From: Myxococcales bacterium
Lineage (GTDB): Bacteria; Myxococcota_A; UBA9042
DNA: 40,008 nt
Assembly: GCA_037441385.1 (NCBI GenBank)
Contig: JBBISH010000056.1
Coordinates: forward strand, 1 to 40,008
Direction of reading: 5' to 3'
Shown here: one piece after another, positions 36,617-40,008 of the stretch
Layout of the letters: each line of letters starts with the position of its first letter
Numbering within the stretch: the first letter of the stretch is position 1
Position numbers and translations under genes: made by a program
Notes under the pieces: generated by a model
Told to the model about the DNA's origin: nothing
Seen by the model: the letters and a program-made list of their open reading frames with translations, nothing else
Database searches by the model: none

Positions 36617-39600
36617 ATTCGTACGTGCCCTTGTGGGTGAAGTCCAACTTCTCGTTTCTGGAAGGTGCGTCGCATCCCGAGGAATTGGTGGCGGAAGCGC
36701 GGACGTTGGGCTTGCCGGCGCTGGCCTTGACGGACCGCGACGGCGTGCCGGGGGTGGTGCGGGCCCACGTGGCCGCGCGCGAGCACGGTCTGCCGCTAAT
36801 CATCGGCAGTGAACTTACGGTGGCGCTTACGGTTCCTCCGCCGCGCCTGGCCACCAGCGACGGGCTGCTGACCGCCGATGACCTGGCGCGTCACCCGCGC
36901 GAGTCGCTGCTGCTGCTGGCCGAAAACCGTACGGGCTATGCCAATTTGTGTCAGCTGGTCACCCTGGGGCGGCGGCGCTGCGTCAAGGGCAGCAGCCTGC
37001 TGACCTTCGACGACCTGCTGGGCCGCAGCGACGGGTTGTTCCTGCTCGTGCACCAGGCGTCCAGCGCCGAGCCGCCACTGCATCTGCGCAAGTTGGCAAG
37101 TGAATTTGGCGAGCGGGCCGGGGCGCTGCTGACCCGCCACCGCCTGCCGCGCGATGCCGACGCCAACCTGCGCCTGACGCAGTTGGCCAAAACCTTGCGT
37201 TGGCCCCTGGTCGCCGGCACCGAGGTTCTGTACCACGGCCCGGCGCGGCGGCCTTTGCAAGACGTGTTGACCTGCATCCGCCACGGTACGCTGCTCCGGG
37301 GCGCTGGCAACCGCCTCAAGGCCAACGCCGAGCACGATCTGAAGTCGCCCTGGGCGATGCAGCAGTTGTTCAGCGACATGCCCGAAGCTTTGGCGCAGAC
37401 AATAAAAATTACAGAACGTTGTAAGTTCAATCTTCAACAACTACGTTACGTTTACCCGGCCGAGCAGCTGCCCGACGGCACCACCCTGGACGACTACCTG
37501 CGCCAGCTGACCGAGCAGGGCGCTTGTCTTCGCTATAAGACCAGTGAATTCAGTCTTGTACCGGCCGAAGTTCGCGCCCAGATCGACCGCGAGCTGGCCC
37601 TGATTCGCCAGTTGGACTACGGCGGCTACTTCCTGACGATGTGGGAGATCGTCCAGTTTTGCAAAAGTGCCAATATCTTGTGCCAAGGAAGAGGATCTGC
37701 TGCCAACAGTACTGTCTGTTATTGCCTTGAAATTACGTCGATTGATCCTGTTCGAATGGGGCTGCTGTTCGAGCGGTTCCTGTCGCTGGAGCGCGCCGAG
37801 CCGCCCGATATCGACTTGGACATCGAGCACGACCGCCGCGAAGAGGTGATCCAGCACGTCTATGGTCGCTACGACCCGCTGCACCGGTCGTCAAAAAAGG
37901 CTGACGATATGGCCACTTGTGTGGTCGACCGCGATCGCTCGCACGCGGCGATGGTGGCGGTGGTGATCCGCTACCGCGGCAAGTCGGCGGTGCGCGACGT
38001 GGGCAAGGTGCTGGGGCTGCCCGAGACGGCGCTGGACCGCCTGTCCAAGCTGGTGGCGCGTTACAGCGACGGCATCGGCGCCGAGGAACTGCAGTTGGCC
38101 GGGCTGGACGCCGAGTCGCTTACCAGTCGGCTGCTCTGTCAGCTGACCCAAGAGATTCAGGATTTTCCGCGGCACCTGTCGATCCATCCCGGCGGTTTCG
38201 TGCTGGGCCACCAGCCGGTCGACACACTGGTGCCCATCGAAAACGCGGCGATGCAAGACCGCACCGTCATCCAGTGGGACAAAGACGACGTCGAGGCACT
38301 GGGCCTGTTCAAGGTCGACCTGCTGGGCCTGGGGATGCTCAGCCAGGTGCACCGCTGCTTTGACCTGTTGCGCGAGACCAAGCAGCTGGACCTGAGCATG
38401 GCCACGGTTCCGGCTGAAGATTCGCAGACCTACGCGATGATCCAGAAGGGCGACACGGTGGGCGTGTTCCAGATCGAGAGCCGCGCACAGATGTCGATGC
38501 TGCCGCGGCTCAAGCCGCGCACCTTCTACGATCTGGTGGTCGAGGTGGCGATCATCCGCCCGGGGCCCATTACCGGCGGCATGGTCCACCCGTACTTGCG
38601 CCGGCGCCACGGCGAAGAGCCGGTGACCTACCCGCACCCGTGCCTGGAGCCGGTTTTGGCTAAAACCCTTGGTGTACCGCTCTTTCAAGAGCAAGTCATG
38701 AAGTTAGCAATGGTGGCTGCCGACTATACCCCTGGCGAAGCAGACCAATTGCGTCGCGATATGGCCGCCTGGCGCCGCTCGGGGCGCATCGAGCAGCACC
38801 GCGACAAGCTGGTCACACGCATGGAGGACAAGGGGATCGCTAAGGAATTTGCCGAGCGGGTCTTCGAGCAGATCAAGGGCTTTGGCGAGTACGGTTTTCC
38901 CGAGTCGCACGCCGCGTCGTTTGCCCTCATCTCGTACGTGACGGCCTGGTGCAAGTGCCATCATCCCGCAGAGTTCGTGTGTGCGTTGCTCAACGCCTGG
39001 CCGATGGGCTTCTACACGCCGGCGACCCTCATCGAAGACGCCAAGCGGCACCAAGTAGAGATTCGTCCAGTTGATGTTTGTCATAGTTCCTGGGAGTGCA
39101 GCATGGAGCCCACCGATCGGCCCGGTCCGGCGGGTGCTTTCGCAGTGCGGATGGGCCTGAGCTATGTCAAAGGTCTTGGGGTGTTGCAGTTGGGGCGCCT
39201 GCAGAACGCGCCGCCGCCGTACCCCTCGCTCGACGATTTTGTGCGGCGCACCTACCTGGACCGCGGCGCCTTGGACCAGCTGGCCGAAGCGGGTGCCTTT
39301 GATTCCTTTGGGCTTTCTCGGCGCGAGGCGCTGTGGCAGGTGCGGGCCCTGCTGCGCCGCCGCGACGACGCCCTGGCCTTGGAGCAGTTCGACGACTTGC
39401 CACTGCTGGCACCCCTGTCGCAACACTCTACAATTGTGTGGGATTATCGCACCTCGCAGCACTCGACTCGCGGCCACCCGCTGGCGCCTCTGCGGGCCGA
39501 ATTGCGTCGGGAGCGCCTGCCGACCGCGGCGGAGGTGCAGGCCCTGGCCGACGGCAAGAAAGTCCGCTACGTGGGCCTGGTCATCTGCCGGCAGCGGCCG

Positions 39601-39837
39601 GGCACAGCCAAGGGCGTGACCTTCTTTACCCTTGAAGACGAAACAGGTTTTGTGAACCTAGTGCTCTGGCGCGACACCTACGAGCGTTTCCGCATCCTGG
39701 CCAAGACGGCGGCGGTGGTGGGGGTCGATGGCCGGGTGCAGGCCAAAGACGGCGTGGTGCATGTGGTGGTCGAGGACATGTGGGAACCTTCGCTTGGGGC
39801 CAAGGTGACTGCGGCAGCCAGTCGGGATTTCCATTGA
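36613..39837 (+). CDS. dnaE2: Error-prone DNA polymerase DnaE2 (ImuC)
   Basis: [47 protein letters not shown] and the C-terminal SRDFH signature. The TTG start overlaps the imuA TGA. Confidence 0.96.
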   Translation: MNSYVPLWVKSNFSFLEGASHPEELVAEARTLGLPALALTDRDGVPGVVRAHVAAREHGLPLIIGSELTVALTVPPPRLATSDGLLTADDLARHPRESLLLLAENRTGYANLCQLVTLGRRRCVKGSSLLTFDDLLGRSDGLFLLVHQASSAEPPLHLRKLASEFGERAGALLTRHRLPRDADANLRLTQLAKTLRWPLVAGTEVLYHGPARRPLQDVLTCIRHGTLLRGAGNRLKANAEHDLKSPWAMQQLFSDMPEALAQTIKITERCKFNLQQLRYVYPAEQLPDGTTLDDYLRQLTEQGACLRYKTSEFSLVPAEVRAQIDRELALIRQLDYGGYFLTMWEIVQFCKSANILCQGRGSAANSTVCYCLEITSIDPVRMGLLFERFLSLERAEPPDIDLDIEHDRREEVIQHVYGRYDPLHRSSKKADDMATCVVDRDRSHAAMVAVVIRYRGKSAVRDVGKVLGLPETALDRLSKLVARYSDGIGAEELQLAGLDAESLTSRLLCQLTQEIQDFPRHLSIHPGGFVLGHQPVDTLVPIENAAMQDRTVIQWDKDDVEALGLFKVDLLGLGMLSQVHRCFDLLRETKQLDLSMATVPAEDSQTYAMIQKGDTVGVFQIESRAQMSMLPRLKPRTFYDLVVEVAIIRPGPITGGMVHPYLRRRHGEEPVTYPHPCLEPVLAKTLGVPLFQEQVMKLAMVAADYTPGEADQLRRDMAAWRRSGRIEQHRDKLVTRMEDKGIAKEFAERVFEQIKGFGEYGFPESHAASFALISYVTAWCKCHHPAEFVCALLNAWPMGFYTPATLIEDAKRHQVEIRPVDVCHSSWECSMEPTDRPGPAGAFAVRMGLSYVKGLGVLQLGRLQNAPPPYPSLDDFVRRTYLDRGALDQLAEAGAFDSFGLSRREALWQVRALLRRRDDALALEQFDDLPLLAPLSQHSTIVWDYRTSQHSTRGHPLAPLRAELRRERLPTAAEVQALADGKKVRYVGLVICRQRPGTAKGVTFFTLEDETGFVNLVLWRDTYERFRILAKTAAVVGVDGRVQAKDGVVHVVVEDMWEPSLGAKVTAAASRDFH

Positions 39838-39875
39838 TACGAACTCCACATCGAACCCGAGGAATAGCCAGAGTC

Positions 39876-40003
39876 ATACCAGTTCCGTCCGAATCGGATC
39901 GAAAACTCGGGCAATTCTTTGGGCCCGAACCGGGGTCCCCGCCTGATTCTCGCCGGTTGCAGACCGGGTCAGAGAAGCCGTACAGGCGTGAATCAGACGG
40001 GGT
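39876..40003. repeat. 128-bp structured dispersed repeat or candidate ncRNA, copy 2 (may extend past the window)
   Basis: Matches 32432-32559 in the same orientation. Confidence 0.85.
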
Positions 40004-40008
40004 TCGTA

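Noticed and set aside
39082..39090. CATAGTTCC in dnaE2 (and CACCACAACT near 30501 in gcvP) as further site copies
   Set aside because: Only 9-10 bp half matches inside conserved coding sequence; compatible with chance.

Overview
High-GC bacterial DNA, probably Myxococcota/deltaproteobacterial, judging from the Cys-rich lipoproteins, imuA-dnaE2 and a Myxococcus-type SOS box. The left part (about 0.1-13.2 kb) is an accessory/defence-like region. It holds a MoxR-like AAA ATPase with a metallopeptidase/VWA partner, a macrodomain/PARG-like gene, three toxin-antitoxin loci (Phd plus a ParE pseudogene not in the ORF track, MqsRA-like, MazF-like), an MmeI-like type IIL restriction-modification enzyme, a putative PD-(D/E)xK nuclease and two unknown proteins. 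Five copies of a 24-bp site (CATAGTT-CCCCCGCCAC-AACTATG; inverted arms, asymmetric core) lie at gene boundaries in this region and I saw none elsewhere in the window. They suggest a recombination-site-delimited cassette array, although no recombinase is visible; this is the most notable observation. The right part (13.2-40 kb) is mostly housekeeping: AddAB-like helicase/nuclease, acyl-CoA dehydrogenase, ggt, three lipoproteins, gcvP, a SulP transporter, an Sfp-type PPTase and an SOS-boxed imuA-dnaE2 operon lacking imuB. It also has a 128-bp structured repeat in two copies, REP-like repeats and short A/T-rich patches inside GC-rich genes. All calls come from motif recognition by eye; no database searches were run.
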